The notes under the pieces are model-generated. The model had not been told where the DNA came from and did no database searches. It saw only the letters and a program-made list of their open reading frames with translations. From Candidatus Melainabacteria bacterium 17Bon1m (GTDB taxonomy: Bacteria > Cyanobacteriota > Vampirovibrionia > Obscuribacterales > Obscuribacteraceae), in contig JAVLKG010000006.1 in assembly GCA_032128875.1 (NCBI GenBank), forward strand, positions 32,001-96,000: a stretch of 64,000 bases of DNA. Reading direction: 5' to 3'. A program made the translations under genes and the position numbers. Shown here piece by piece: positions 47,791-57,706 of the stretch (its first letter is position 1; every line of letters begins with the position of its first letter).

Positions 47791-47815
47791 CAGGGAGTCG
47801 CATGCAGCTCCCTAC
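47791..47815 (-). repeat. GTAG-type REP-like palindrome
   Basis: Minus strand GTAGGGAGCTGCATGCGACTCCCTG. Confidence 0.7.
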
Positions 47816-47840
47816 TAGAATCTTCTTTCACCTACATCAA

Positions 47841-50216
47841 TTACATTAACGGTGATGGTTTGTCAGTGACTTGCGTCGGACTCGGATCGTCTTCAACGAT
47901 CTTCGGCGTAATGAGCAGCATCAATTCAGTTCTGTTGCGCCCCTTGAGACTGTTTCTGAAGAGAGCTCCCAGTACTGGAGTCTCGGCCAAATAAGGTACT
48001 TTAGCCAGAATTGCCGCTTCGTTTTCGGTAAATAATCCACCGATGACGAGCGTTTGTCCATCTTTTACTCGAACCTCTTGTGACATGATGTCGCGGATGT
48101 TCAGCAAAGTGACGATCGTCGGGTTTTGGTTCGGGTTGCCGAAAACCAGCGGCGCACCCAACGGTGTGGAAACTTGCGGTCTCAAGCGCATCGTGATAAA
48201 TCCGTCTTCAGCCACTTTCGGGAGCACGTTCAGAAATATCCCGGCTTTTGTCAGTTCTACGTTTGTCGTCACTACTCCCAGAGAAACTGTCGATGTCACT
48301 TTGTGTACGACTTCTTGAGCAAGTGTTATTAGTGACTCGGTGTTGTCTACGACTACTACCGACGGGTTTGCGATCAACTTCGCTTTATTGGTTTGCAAAA
48401 GCATGTTGAGGCTGATGTTCAGCGCAGTCGGCATAGTTGCAATATTTGCTCTGCCACCGGCGCCACCGCCCAGAGTTAGCAAGTTAATACCGGTTTGTGC
48501 TGCCGGCACTGACGAAACCCCAGCAATCTGTTGCACTGTTGTCGGCAGTACCGAACCGATAAGTCCGGTAAATGGATTGGCGGGAGCGAAATTGGTTACG
48601 CTATTGGATGCCTGCGCGACGCTATTGGCTGTTTGCGTGACTTGTGTATTTGAGCTTGCAAATGGAAGGCTGAGCGGCGATGTTACTTGATTTACCACCT
48701 GCGTTCCGGAGCCGGCGATATTATTCGATTGACCGCCAAGACCAGGCAGATAGCGCACCAATGGTGCTGCAGCATTTCCTAAAATCGAAGCTGACAAGCC
48801 ACTGCCTTGAGTGCTTACGTTGGCTGAAAGTTGCCTGATGCCCTGATTTGTAAGTTCAACAAGTGAAGTTTGTACGTGAACTTGACGAGGACGACGATCC
48901 AAAATTCGAATCGCTTCTTCGGCAACATTCATATCTTCGGAAGTTCCAACCACAAGAATCTGACGATTTTTCACATCCGGAACAACGATCGTAGAGCCGC
49001 CATTGGGATCAACTACATAGGTTGCAGGAACTTCCTGGAAGGTTCGAATTTGTTGTGTGCCTGGATCTACCGCAGCGTTGTTGAAGCCCACACCTTCTTG
49101 GGTTTGGCTTCTACTCGTACCAAGAACCTGGCGCTTTTCAGTATCAAGTTCTGTTATCTGATTGTTGTTGCTTTCTTCTCTTCCGCCACCTTCGGCAAAG
49201 CCCGGATCCGGAGCCAAGTCACCGCTTCGCTTTAATTCAGTGCTGAATTTGGGAATGTAGCCACGGTTGAAGACCGACGCATTAAGCAGCATTGCCACAT
49301 CATAAGGATGCGCATAACTCAATTTGAAAACTCTGGCAACAGGACGATTCAATCCCAATTGGACCATCGCCTGAGGTGTACCGACAATGACAGTGTTGTC
49401 CACTTTGCGGCTTTGCAGACCTGCTGCAGCCAGCACCGTATCCATAGCTTCATCAAGAGTGAGATCTTTTAGATCTCCGGTAATCTTGCCGACTACGGAC
49501 TTGTCGATGATGATGTTCAAATTGCCGCGTCTGGCCAACTCGGCAATTACTTCTCTTGCCGGCATGTCTCTAAAACTCATGTTGTGCAAGAGCTCTTGCG
49601 AAGCAAATAGTTTGAAAGGACGACGCACCTGCACAGTGCCTGAGATGCTGGTGACGGAAGGTTTTTTCGCTAAAGATTGTGCAAGCTGTCTGGCTGCTTC
49701 TTCTGGATTTGCGGAAAAATCAGACAGCGATGTAGATGGAGAATCGCCCGAACCGGAAGCACGTGAACGAGAAGAACTCGATGACGGGCTGTTCTGTGCA
49801 ATTGACCGCCGGCGCCCATCTGCATCTGTTGATGAACGATCACTGCTAATTGATTCGGGATCCTTTTGCGATTCTCTTTCCGAATCTTTTGCCAAATCTT
49901 TTGAAGAACTTTCAGATCGTTTTTCAGATACTCGACTTGGTTCTTTTCCAGACGTTTGAACTTTTCCAGGTTCGTTTTCCGGATCTAAAGCAATAGGATC
50001 TGGTGTGAACTTCAGTAATCGAGTATCTGCTTTCGGCGCAGATCCTGATGCCGCATCATCCGCCAGTGCTGGTAGAGCCAGATACGGCGGAATGGTAAAG
50101 CTGAAAACAATAGGTGCGACAAAAATACTGAAGGCGAACCGACGTCCAGTCGCTTTCGACATTCTTGAATCCGCTGAATTGTTCTGGTGCCAAATACGGT
50201 GCAATTTTTTTCTCAC
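47841..50216 (-). CDS. Outer-membrane secretin (PilQ/GspD family)
   Basis: Signal peptide; N0 and N1 domains; LDRRPRQV; AKLIANPSV; VRVKDGQTLVIGGL; KVPYLAETPVLGALFR; RTELMLLITPKI. Confidence 0.93.
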   Translation of the reverse strand: MRKKLHRIWHQNNSADSRMSKATGRRFAFSIFVAPIVFSFTIPPYLALPALADDAASGSAPKADTRLLKFTPDPIALDPENEPGKVQTSGKEPSRVSEKRSESSSKDLAKDSERESQKDPESISSDRSSTDADGRRRSIAQNSPSSSSSRSRASGSGDSPSTSLSDFSANPEEAARQLAQSLAKKPSVTSISGTVQVRRPFKLFASQELLHNMSFRDMPAREVIAELARRGNLNIIIDKSVVGKITGDLKDLTLDEAMDTVLAAAGLQSRKVDNTVIVGTPQAMVQLGLNRPVARVFKLSYAHPYDVAMLLNASVFNRGYIPKFSTELKRSGDLAPDPGFAEGGGREESNNNQITELDTEKRQVLGTSRSQTQEGVGFNNAAVDPGTQQIRTFQEVPATYVVDPNGGSTIVVPDVKNRQILVVGTSEDMNVAEEAIRILDRRPRQVHVQTSLVELTNQGIRQLSANVSTQGSGLSASILGNAAAPLVRYLPGLGGQSNNIAGSGTQVVNQVTSPLSLPFASSNTQVTQTANSVAQASNSVTNFAPANPFTGLIGSVLPTTVQQIAGVSSVPAAQTGINLLTLGGGAGGRANIATMPTALNISLNMLLQTNKAKLIANPSVVVVDNTESLITLAQEVVHKVTSTVSLGVVTTNVELTKAGIFLNVLPKVAEDGFITMRLRPQVSTPLGAPLVFGNPNQNPTIVTLLNIRDIMSQEVRVKDGQTLVIGGLFTENEAAILAKVPYLAETPVLGALFRNSLKGRNRTELMLLITPKIVEDDPSPTQVTDKPSPLM

Positions 50217-50346
50217 TGTTCACAAATATGGCGTCGCCGGCGGTGCTTTAATTGTGAACTCTGAAATGCAATCGGTGAGTCATCGCCTCAATAATTGTAC
50301 CGGGTGTAGTAGATTTTGCAATTAATTACTATCGTGAAATCGCCCG

Positions 50347-51576
50347 CTACTGCCTGCGTTTTCCACTCGCCAAACCGTAAATTGCGACTTCCAAATTATT
50401 GCGCGCTTCGCCTAACCGTGGATTGATTCGTAGTGCTAATCGAAATTCATTGATAGCAGAAAGCATATCGCCCTTGCTGTAGAGCGCATATCCGAGATCG
50501 TTGTGTGCTTGTGCGTTTAGTGGGTCGAGACTGACGGCCTGTCGAAATTCGTCGACGGCCCCTTTTACGTCACCATTTGAAAACAGGCAACGTCCCAAAA
50601 CAGCGTGACTATCAGCAGATGTGGGGCTCAGTAGAGTGGCCTGCCGTGCAGTTCGCAAGGGAGTTTCTTTTTCTCCATACTTGAGCAAAGCTTTAGTCAA
50701 AGATACGTGGGCTCTGCCCGAACTTGGATCAAGCGAGACGGCCTGTCGTGCTGCTTTGACAGCGCCGATGGTATCACTTGCTTGCATCAAGCAATCTGCC
50801 AGACCGGACAATGCCTCCGCAGATGGTTGTATGCCGATCGCCCTTCGATATTCATTGATAGCCTCTGACATATCGCCGCGCGCACTCATGCACTCAGCCT
50901 GCATCACATGGAGAATGGCTTGATCGGGGGCAATTTTAATTGCTTGTTTGAATTCCAATTCTGAAGCTTGGCTATCGCCGATTTCGCTCAAGATTTTTGC
51001 CATCATTCCATGAGCAACATAATTTCCTGGGTCGAAACTGATCGCACGCCGTACTTCTTGTCCAGCACCTTGCGAGTCTCCGGCAAGATACAAGAAGGTT
51101 GCAAGACGTATACGCAATGCTGCATTTCGTGGAGTATCGGTGATTTTCTTTCGCAGAGAAACGATCAGGTCGCCAACCGATTTAAGCTCGACATTGTGCG
51201 CGGGCATTCTGATCAGATCAAGTGCTCGCGGTAAATCCTTTGTCGACTCGAGTCGTCCCTTCTGTTCGCTCTCGCCAAATTCCAACGGATCAAATAGGCT
51301 TCGCAGAGCGGATTTTGAAAGTTCGCGTAAGGGCTTTGCTTCTTCTGGCTCGATTTTTCCTTCCGGAATTCCAGTTGGCAAGGGAGCCCGTGTTGAAGTT
51401 TCTGTCTTGCCCTCAACTCTGGTTCTGACCGGCTTCTTCAGCGTAAACGCCATCGTTTGAGGAGCAAAGGTCAGCCCCATAGCAAAGATCAAAAGCGTTT
51501 TTTTGTAACTTGCCACTGTTTGAAAGAATTGGGCTTGTCCGGCAACGCAAGCTAACATACTAGCAGGCCCGGGCAA
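50347..51576 (-). CDS. TPR-repeat protein, probably exported
   Basis: About 8 TPRs (e.g. AQAHNDLGYALY...A...FRLAL.INP); start uncertain. Confidence 0.88.
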   Translation of the reverse strand: MPGPASMLACVAGQAQFFQTVASYKKTLLIFAMGLTFAPQTMAFTLKKPVRTRVEGKTETSTRAPLPTGIPEGKIEPEEAKPLRELSKSALRSLFDPLEFGESEQKGRLESTKDLPRALDLIRMPAHNVELKSVGDLIVSLRKKITDTPRNAALRIRLATFLYLAGDSQGAGQEVRRAISFDPGNYVAHGMMAKILSEIGDSQASELEFKQAIKIAPDQAILHVMQAECMSARGDMSEAINEYRRAIGIQPSAEALSGLADCLMQASDTIGAVKAARQAVSLDPSSGRAHVSLTKALLKYGEKETPLRTARQATLLSPTSADSHAVLGRCLFSNGDVKGAVDEFRQAVSLDPLNAQAHNDLGYALYSKGDMLSAINEFRLALRINPRLGEARNNLEVAIYGLASGKRRQ

Positions 51577-51635
51577 AAAGCCCTGATCTCAAATTGTCGG
51601 CGATTGCCGTGACTGGCGGTTTTTGTTTACTGAAC

Positions 51636-52790
51636 ATGGTTTCTCACGCGTATATACATATTCCTTTTTGCAGTCACAAGTGTGATTTCTGCGATTTTGC
51701 TGCCTTCGCCGGCGTCGATCATCTAACCGATGAATATGAGCAGGTGGTGCTTAAAGAAATCGACGATCGGCTGAAGACACTTAAGGAAAAACGAGGAGAT
51801 CTCGATCAGGAGCGCATGCGCTCAGTTTTCTTTGGTGGAGGAACGCCAGGTCTTGTAGAACCGAAAGTGCTCGGATCTATGCTCGAAAAACTGCACGGGC
51901 ATATAAAACCGGCTGCCGACTGTGAAATCACAATTGAAACTACTCCGCACGCTATCACGCGTGAGAAGTTAGAACAGTGGAAAAACCTTGGAATTAACCG
52001 GATTTCGGTCGGAGTGGAATCTTTTCTGGATGAAGAGTTGCGAGCGATGGGGCGCGACCACTATCGTCAGGAAGCCTTTCAGGGGCTGGAATTGGCTTGC
52101 CAGTCCGGGGTTGAGGTGGTCGGTCTTGATCTAATGTACGGTCTGCCCACTCAAAGTGTCGAAAGTTTCGCGAAGAGCCTGGCTTGCGCTGTGGAGTTCG
52201 CCGGACGGTTCGACAATCTGCAGCACATATCTGCTTACGGCTTGCATCTGGCGGATAATTCTCCTCTTTATTCGCGCTTTCCCAGAGGTGGCGAGGCATA
52301 TCCTGCCGATAACATTTACGTGCAGATGTTTGAGCTTTTAGTAGAAACTTTGGAGCGTGCCGGTTTTGAACACTACGAAGTGTCGAATTTTGCTCGACCA
52401 GGGCGAGAATCCCGGCACAATTTGGCTTACTGGAAAAACGCCGAGTATCTGGCATTTGGAGTCAGTGCTCACCGCTATTTGGACGGCGTTCGTTCTTCGA
52501 ACTGGCGGTCGCTGAAGCGCTATATGCGTGATTGGCTGGGCGATGAGACTGTCGACGTAATCGATGCGGATACCAGATTGCGAGAGTCCATAATGCTCGG
52601 ACTGCGGCTCAGGCGAGGCATCGACCTGGAAGCCTTTCAAAAGGAGCACGGCTTTGATCTTTCCTCCAAGTTCAGAAACGAAATTGAAAAATTTGCTGAC
52701 GCCGGGCTCATGGAAAAGCGCGAAGGGCGGCTTTTCTTAACTCGCAAGGGTGTGCCGGTCAGCAATAGCGTGATTTCTGCATTCTTTTGA
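51636..52790 (+). CDS. hemW: Radical SAM heme chaperone HemW (HemN-like)
   Basis: YIHIPFCSHKCDFCDF, FGGGTP, YEVSNFA, HNLAYW. Confidence 0.9.
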   Translation: MVSHAYIHIPFCSHKCDFCDFAAFAGVDHLTDEYEQVVLKEIDDRLKTLKEKRGDLDQERMRSVFFGGGTPGLVEPKVLGSMLEKLHGHIKPAADCEITIETTPHAITREKLEQWKNLGINRISVGVESFLDEELRAMGRDHYRQEAFQGLELACQSGVEVVGLDLMYGLPTQSVESFAKSLACAVEFAGRFDNLQHISAYGLHLADNSPLYSRFPRGGEAYPADNIYVQMFELLVETLERAGFEHYEVSNFARPGRESRHNLAYWKNAEYLAFGVSAHRYLDGVRSSNWRSLKRYMRDWLGDETVDVIDADTRLRESIMLGLRLRRGIDLEAFQKEHGFDLSSKFRNEIEKFADAGLMEKREGRLFLTRKGVPVSNSVISAFF

Positions 52791-52918
52791 GGCGTTCGCA
52801 GGGTTTCATTTCCTTAACTTTTGGTAATCTCGGAGCCATTCATACTTTCGAGTGAGGAGGCTCAGCTATCCCCGAAGAGATTAACGGCATATATATAGGG
52901 GTATGGAGTTCTCGGTCT

Positions 52919-54550
52919 ATGACTTTTACTAGGAGCGCAAAAAGCGCGTTGAAGAGCTGCCCTGAGTGTTTTAGCGAGTTTGAAGACTCCGTGGACGTTT
53001 GTCCTACGGATGCAACCAAGCTGCAGACTGTGTCTAAGGACCCTCTAGTCGGCACCACGCTTGATGATCGCTATTTGATCGAAGGTGTTATCGGCCGCGG
53101 CGGCATGGGCGTCGTCTACCGGGCTCGCCAGCAAAACATGGACAAGGACATGGCGATAAAGATGCTTTATTCGCACAAAGTGTCCGAACCTGAGGCAATC
53201 AAACGTTTTCACCGTGAGGCGAAAACAGTTACAGCTGTTCGCCACCACCATATCATCAACCTCTACGACTTCGGCATGTACCAAAACCAGCCGTATTTGG
53301 TGATGGACTATCTGGAAGGCAAAAGTCTCAAAGACATTCTCAAAGAAGAAGGCGCACTGTCATTCGAGCGTGCCGGACGCGTTTTTACACAAGTCTTAGA
53401 AGCGCTGGCATCGGCACATGAATCGAATCTGGTGCACCGCGATTTGAAGCCTGAGAACATCATGCTCAGCCGCCACAACAACCAGGACGACTGGGTCACG
53501 CTCATCGATTTCGGTTTGTCGAAAATTATCGAATCGGGCGACGGCTCTATGGACCACGTCAATATCACCAAGGTTGGTGACGTTTGCGGAAGTCCGCCCT
53601 ATATGTGCCCTGAGCAATGTTTGTCTTCAACTGTAGTCGACCCGAGAAGCGATCTTTATTCGCTTGGTGTCGTCATCTATGAATCCCTATCTCTCAAACT
53701 TCCGTTTAACGCTAAATCGGCAATTGAAATGTTGGACTGTCACCTATATGCGACGCCAATTCCTTTCAACTTTTCAATTCCTGAAATGAAGGTGTGCTCG
53801 GAAATGACCCGTGTGCTGAACACCGCGATGGAAAAGGATCCGGAAAAACGCTATCAGAACGCACAAGAGTTTTTGGAGAAATTTCAAGAAGCGGTAAAAC
53901 GCGATGGCGTTAAGCATCGGGCGATGAAGCACAGAGAAGAAGTTGCTCAATTCCACGGTTTGATGGAAGAAGCAAAAGCAATTCGCGATAGCGAGCACAA
54001 ACGCACGTCTGACGAGATGGACCGTCTTGCTGTTGAAACGATTGCCGCTGCCGAAAAGGCGGCTGCGTCACCAGAACAGCAGGCGCTTGCTTTGGCTGAA
54101 GTAGCTGGCGATGAGATTGAGGGTGAATGCCCTTATTGTGGTGCTGCCGTGACCACTGCGCTGAAGTTTTGCGCTAATTGCCAGCGTCAATTGCTGGGCT
54201 CCGAACCAAAAGGTCTGGGTGCTTCGAGAACTCGACCTGGTGCGGCTCGCCCACTGCACAAGACAACAGAACATTCAGTTGGTTTTTCCTCCCGCGCCAA
54301 AGAGCAAATGGGTAATTCGATGGGCGGTTTGACGACCGTGCAGAAGGCGCTCAGCATGCTTTTGGTCATTGTTGTTGTCTATGGTTGCTACGCCGTGACC
54401 ACCAACGATGAAGTGATAAAATCCATTAACCGAGTCATGTCCTCAATGCAGAATAAGCCGGAGACGGAGGAAACAACCACGACTCCTGATGCAAATCCTG
54501 GTGCGAAACCAGCTGCTGGAACGAAGCCTGCGGTCCCAAGCAAAAAATAA
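52919..54550 (+). CDS. Hanks-type Ser/Thr kinase with two Zn ribbons and C-terminal TM
   Basis: CPEC...CPTD; GRGGMG, HRDLKPEN, DFG; CPYC...FCANC; TM near C-terminus. Confidence 0.94.
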   Translation: MTFTRSAKSALKSCPECFSEFEDSVDVCPTDATKLQTVSKDPLVGTTLDDRYLIEGVIGRGGMGVVYRARQQNMDKDMAIKMLYSHKVSEPEAIKRFHREAKTVTAVRHHHIINLYDFGMYQNQPYLVMDYLEGKSLKDILKEEGALSFERAGRVFTQVLEALASAHESNLVHRDLKPENIMLSRHNNQDDWVTLIDFGLSKIIESGDGSMDHVNITKVGDVCGSPPYMCPEQCLSSTVVDPRSDLYSLGVVIYESLSLKLPFNAKSAIEMLDCHLYATPIPFNFSIPEMKVCSEMTRVLNTAMEKDPEKRYQNAQEFLEKFQEAVKRDGVKHRAMKHREEVAQFHGLMEEAKAIRDSEHKRTSDEMDRLAVETIAAAEKAAASPEQQALALAEVAGDEIEGECPYCGAAVTTALKFCANCQRQLLGSEPKGLGASRTRPGAARPLHKTTEHSVGFSSRAKEQMGNSMGGLTTVQKALSMLLVIVVVYGCYAVTTNDEVIKSINRVMSSMQNKPETEETTTTPDANPGAKPAAGTKPAVPSKK

Positions 54551-54605
54551 TTTTGTAATTTGGTTTCTAGCTGCTGTTGCAATTCCAGTGGCTTTGCGAG
54601 CCAAT

Positions 54606-56486
54606 TCAGCGCGTTCCACGAGCCAACTCAGCGCGTTCTACGAGCGTTTTTGCTTCGCGCTTGTGCTCTTCTTGATCACAACCTTCGTATATTTTGTGTG
54701 CGCAATCGACCAACTCTTCGCCGTTTGTCCCCTTGTGTGACTCTTCAATGAGAATGGCTCTTTCCAGGGCGCGGTGCGCTTCTTCAATCTTTCCTTGAGC
54801 TAAGAAATTCTTTGCTGCCGTTGTGAAATACTCTGAGTATTTTTTAGCTGAGGCCTTATCGAGGTCGTCTAAATCAAGTGACGTCTGAAAGTTTGTTCTT
54901 TCTGATTTGCTGTGACCGTCAATTTTTGCAACTGCCTCTATGCGCTTAGTATCAGCTTCGGCTATGTTCAGTTTTACCTTCGCCGCTTCATCGGTCCGAC
55001 CGGTATCTTCGTACATTTTCAATAGCGCAAGTTCGCTTTTTATATAGCGGTCGCCCTGATCTCCGAAAGCCTCAGCGTCTTTTGCAGCCTTTTGATAGTG
55101 TTGTTCTGCGGCATTCCAATCTTTACTCTTTGCTGCACTATCACCTTGAGCGAGTTCAAACTGCCAGAGTAGTTTTTGAAAAACTGGACCTCTATCTTCG
55201 TCTGGACCGGGCCAGGCAAGAAGCAATGCACCAGTAACGAGCCCTCCGCCTAAAAGTGCATAGAGCCAGTAAATATATTGGTTTAGCCGCTTGCGTTCCC
55301 GCTCTTGTCTTTCATTGAGACTGATAGCGTCTACCACTAGATTTTGCAGGCTTTTCTTTTCGTCCGCTTCTTTCTGCTGGCGGGCTAGAATTTCATCGTC
55401 GGCAGCACCGGCACCACCTGTAGAATCGCTTTGCTCGCTTGCTGTGCCTGTGTTGAATACGTCAGGTTGATACGCCGACTGCTGTTGTGATGCCAGATGG
55501 AGCTGCGAACCCTTTGCCGCCTCCAGCAATGACTTTTTCAGCTCTTCAACGTTTTGTTGTCTCTGCTCTGGATTTTTGCTCAGCGCTTTTGTAACCAGTT
55601 CGTCCAGCAAGCCAGGAATTGTCAGTTCCGGCGCTATTCCTCTTAAGGTAAGAGTCGGCTCGTTGACCTGCTTATTCATAGTCTCAAACGGACTTGCACC
55701 CACATGCGGGGGCGTGCCGGTTAGACACTCATACAAGACACAGCCGAGCGAATAGATGTCCGAACGAGCATCGATCTTGCCTCCGGTGCATTGTTCGGGG
55801 CTCATGTAGAGGGGACTTCCGAATACCTCGCCGTCTTTTGTCAGTTTTTGATCTTTATTGTCTTCACCCAACATTTTGGCGATGCCGAAATCAAGAATTT
55901 TGACCACGTCTCTTGCCTCGGCATCTTGCACGAGGAAAATATTTCCAGCTTTCAAATCGCGGTGTACGATTCCCTTTTTGTGCAAAACGCTCAATCCATC
56001 ACAGACTTGCAGAAAAATGTTGACGGCTCTTTCGGGCGTAATTATGGTGGAAGCTAAAAGAACATCGGCAAGACTTTCACCTTGCAATAGCTCAGTGATG
56101 AGATACGGCTTTGATTCGTTAAAGGTTCCGAAATCAAATACTTGAACGATATTTGGATGTTTGAGCCCGCTGAGTGTTTTTGCTTCTTTTGTAAAACGCT
56201 CCATGTGCAGCGGATCGCTAACCAAAGCTGAATTGAGGATTTTGATTGCAACCAAACTATCCATCAATGTATGACGAGCTTTGTAGACGGTACTCATACC
56301 GCCGCGACCAATGACGGCGAGTATTTCGTACTTTTCAGCAAAAATAGAGCCCAGTAGAGGGTCTGGTCTCACTGGCATAAGCATTCCGCCATCGATAGGA
56401 CAGACAGGCGTTCCTTTCGAATAGGAGGTCTGACACTTCGTACAGGTAAGTGTCATGCTCTGTTGCGCTTGGTTGTCTAAATCCAC
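54606..56486 (-). CDS. Hanks-type Ser/Thr kinase with Zn ribbon, TM and helical/TPR-like C-terminal domain
   Basis: CTKC...CPIDG; GRGGMS, HRDLKAGN, DFG, GSPLYMSPEQ; TM YIYWLYALLGGGLVTGALLLAW. Confidence 0.94.
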   Translation of the reverse strand: MDLDNQAQQSMTLTCTKCQTSYSKGTPVCPIDGGMLMPVRPDPLLGSIFAEKYEILAVIGRGGMSTVYKARHTLMDSLVAIKILNSALVSDPLHMERFTKEAKTLSGLKHPNIVQVFDFGTFNESKPYLITELLQGESLADVLLASTIITPERAVNIFLQVCDGLSVLHKKGIVHRDLKAGNIFLVQDAEARDVVKILDFGIAKMLGEDNKDQKLTKDGEVFGSPLYMSPEQCTGGKIDARSDIYSLGCVLYECLTGTPPHVGASPFETMNKQVNEPTLTLRGIAPELTIPGLLDELVTKALSKNPEQRQQNVEELKKSLLEAAKGSQLHLASQQQSAYQPDVFNTGTASEQSDSTGGAGAADDEILARQQKEADEKKSLQNLVVDAISLNERQERERKRLNQYIYWLYALLGGGLVTGALLLAWPGPDEDRGPVFQKLLWQFELAQGDSAAKSKDWNAAEQHYQKAAKDAEAFGDQGDRYIKSELALLKMYEDTGRTDEAAKVKLNIAEADTKRIEAVAKIDGHSKSERTNFQTSLDLDDLDKASAKKYSEYFTTAAKNFLAQGKIEEAHRALERAILIEESHKGTNGEELVDCAHKIYEGCDQEEHKREAKTLVERAELARGTR

Positions 56487-56672
56487 GCTGCGCCTCGCAA
56501 CTAAGCTCCGTTAATCAATCATAACCTCAAACGAGAGCCGAAAGCTTTATGAGCCCTGGAGGGGACATGTGCAATCTTTGTGACTTCAGTCGGTGAATTA
56601 GATTGAGTTCAGCCGTGCAAATTAAACACAGGTCATTTAGCTGCGTTCTTCTGTCTTGATGGAAGGGAAAGA

Positions 56673-56975
56673 CTAGCTTGGCTCCCAGGTGCCGTTTTTC
56701 ATGTCTTTTCCAAGACGGAAACCATGAATCAAATTGGCTCTGGTTAATTGATAGATTTCGTGAAGAGCATCAGTGTCGTCGATGCCATGTTTTGTCGACA
56801 TAGCATTGACCTGCTGCATTGCTACAGCAGAGAAATACACAAAGACCTCGTCTCTCACTTCTCCGCGCCCCTGGTTGGGCAGGCGTAGCACAGCGCGTCC
56901 GAAATCATTATTGACGGCTTCCACAAGCTCGTGTGTCAGTGAATCGCCGTAAAAGGTATCCGCTTTCTTACCCAT
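56673..56975 (-). CDS. Hypothetical protein (100 aa)
   Basis: GAGGA SD before ATG; fills an intergenic gap; no recognised motif. Confidence 0.7.
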   Translation of the reverse strand: MGKKADTFYGDSLTHELVEAVNNDFGRAVLRLPNQGRGEVRDEVFVYFSAVAMQQVNAMSTKHGIDDTDALHEIYQLTRANLIHGFRLGKDMKNGTWEPS

Positions 56976-57085
56976 TGAATCCTCTTAGTTCAAAAGTCAG
57001 CGCCACAGGCTTCGACTTTTCGTCTACATGATCTTTTTGAAAGAATCGTTCTTAAACAATCGCGCTTAGTATCTGGCGATTTAGA

Positions 57086-57706
57086 TCAATTATCGAGGGC
57101 GTCCAACGCTCTTCGTATTTCCTTGATGTCTTGCCACATCAGCCATTTGGGGCTTCCGACCTCTCTCGATTCATTTCTCAAAAGAAAGGAAGGGTGAAAC
57201 ACGGGCATTACTTTAGCACCGTTTTTGATGTCAAACCATTTACCGCGAATACGACTTATCGGATCCTTAACCTGCAAAACGCCCTGCACAGCGGTCGATC
57301 CAGCCAATACGATCAATTTTGGTTTAACAAATTCAATCTGAGCTTCAAGAAATGATCGGCATGCTTCCATCTCATCTTTGCTCGGAACCCTGTTGCCTGG
57401 CGGGCGGCACTTAACCATGTTGCATATATAAGTATCTTTTTTGCGATCAATGTTTACGGAAGAAAGAATTTTGTCTAATAGTTGACCCGCGCGTCCAACA
57501 AATGGCAGGCCTAATTCGTCTTCTCTTTGCCCTGGACCTTCACCAATAATCATCAATTTCGCATTTTGATTACCATCTGCAAAAACAACGTTCTGCCGTG
57601 TCTCGCAAAGACGACATGCTTGGCAGACTGCAGCAGCAGATGCGGCTTCTTCTAGTGATGTTATGACGGTGAGAGCAGAAACTTCGAGCGAAAGTTGCTG
57701 GGTCAT
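57086..57706 (-). CDS. Uracil-DNA glycosylase family 4 (4Fe-4S)
   Basis: CQACRLC, GEGPG..ED, PFVGRAG, KCRPP.NR, FHPS. Confidence 0.95.
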   Translation of the reverse strand: MTQQLSLEVSALTVITSLEEAASAAAVCQACRLCETRQNVVFADGNQNAKLMIIGEGPGQREDELGLPFVGRAGQLLDKILSSVNIDRKKDTYICNMVKCRPPGNRVPSKDEMEACRSFLEAQIEFVKPKLIVLAGSTAVQGVLQVKDPISRIRGKWFDIKNGAKVMPVFHPSFLLRNESREVGSPKWLMWQDIKEIRRALDALDN

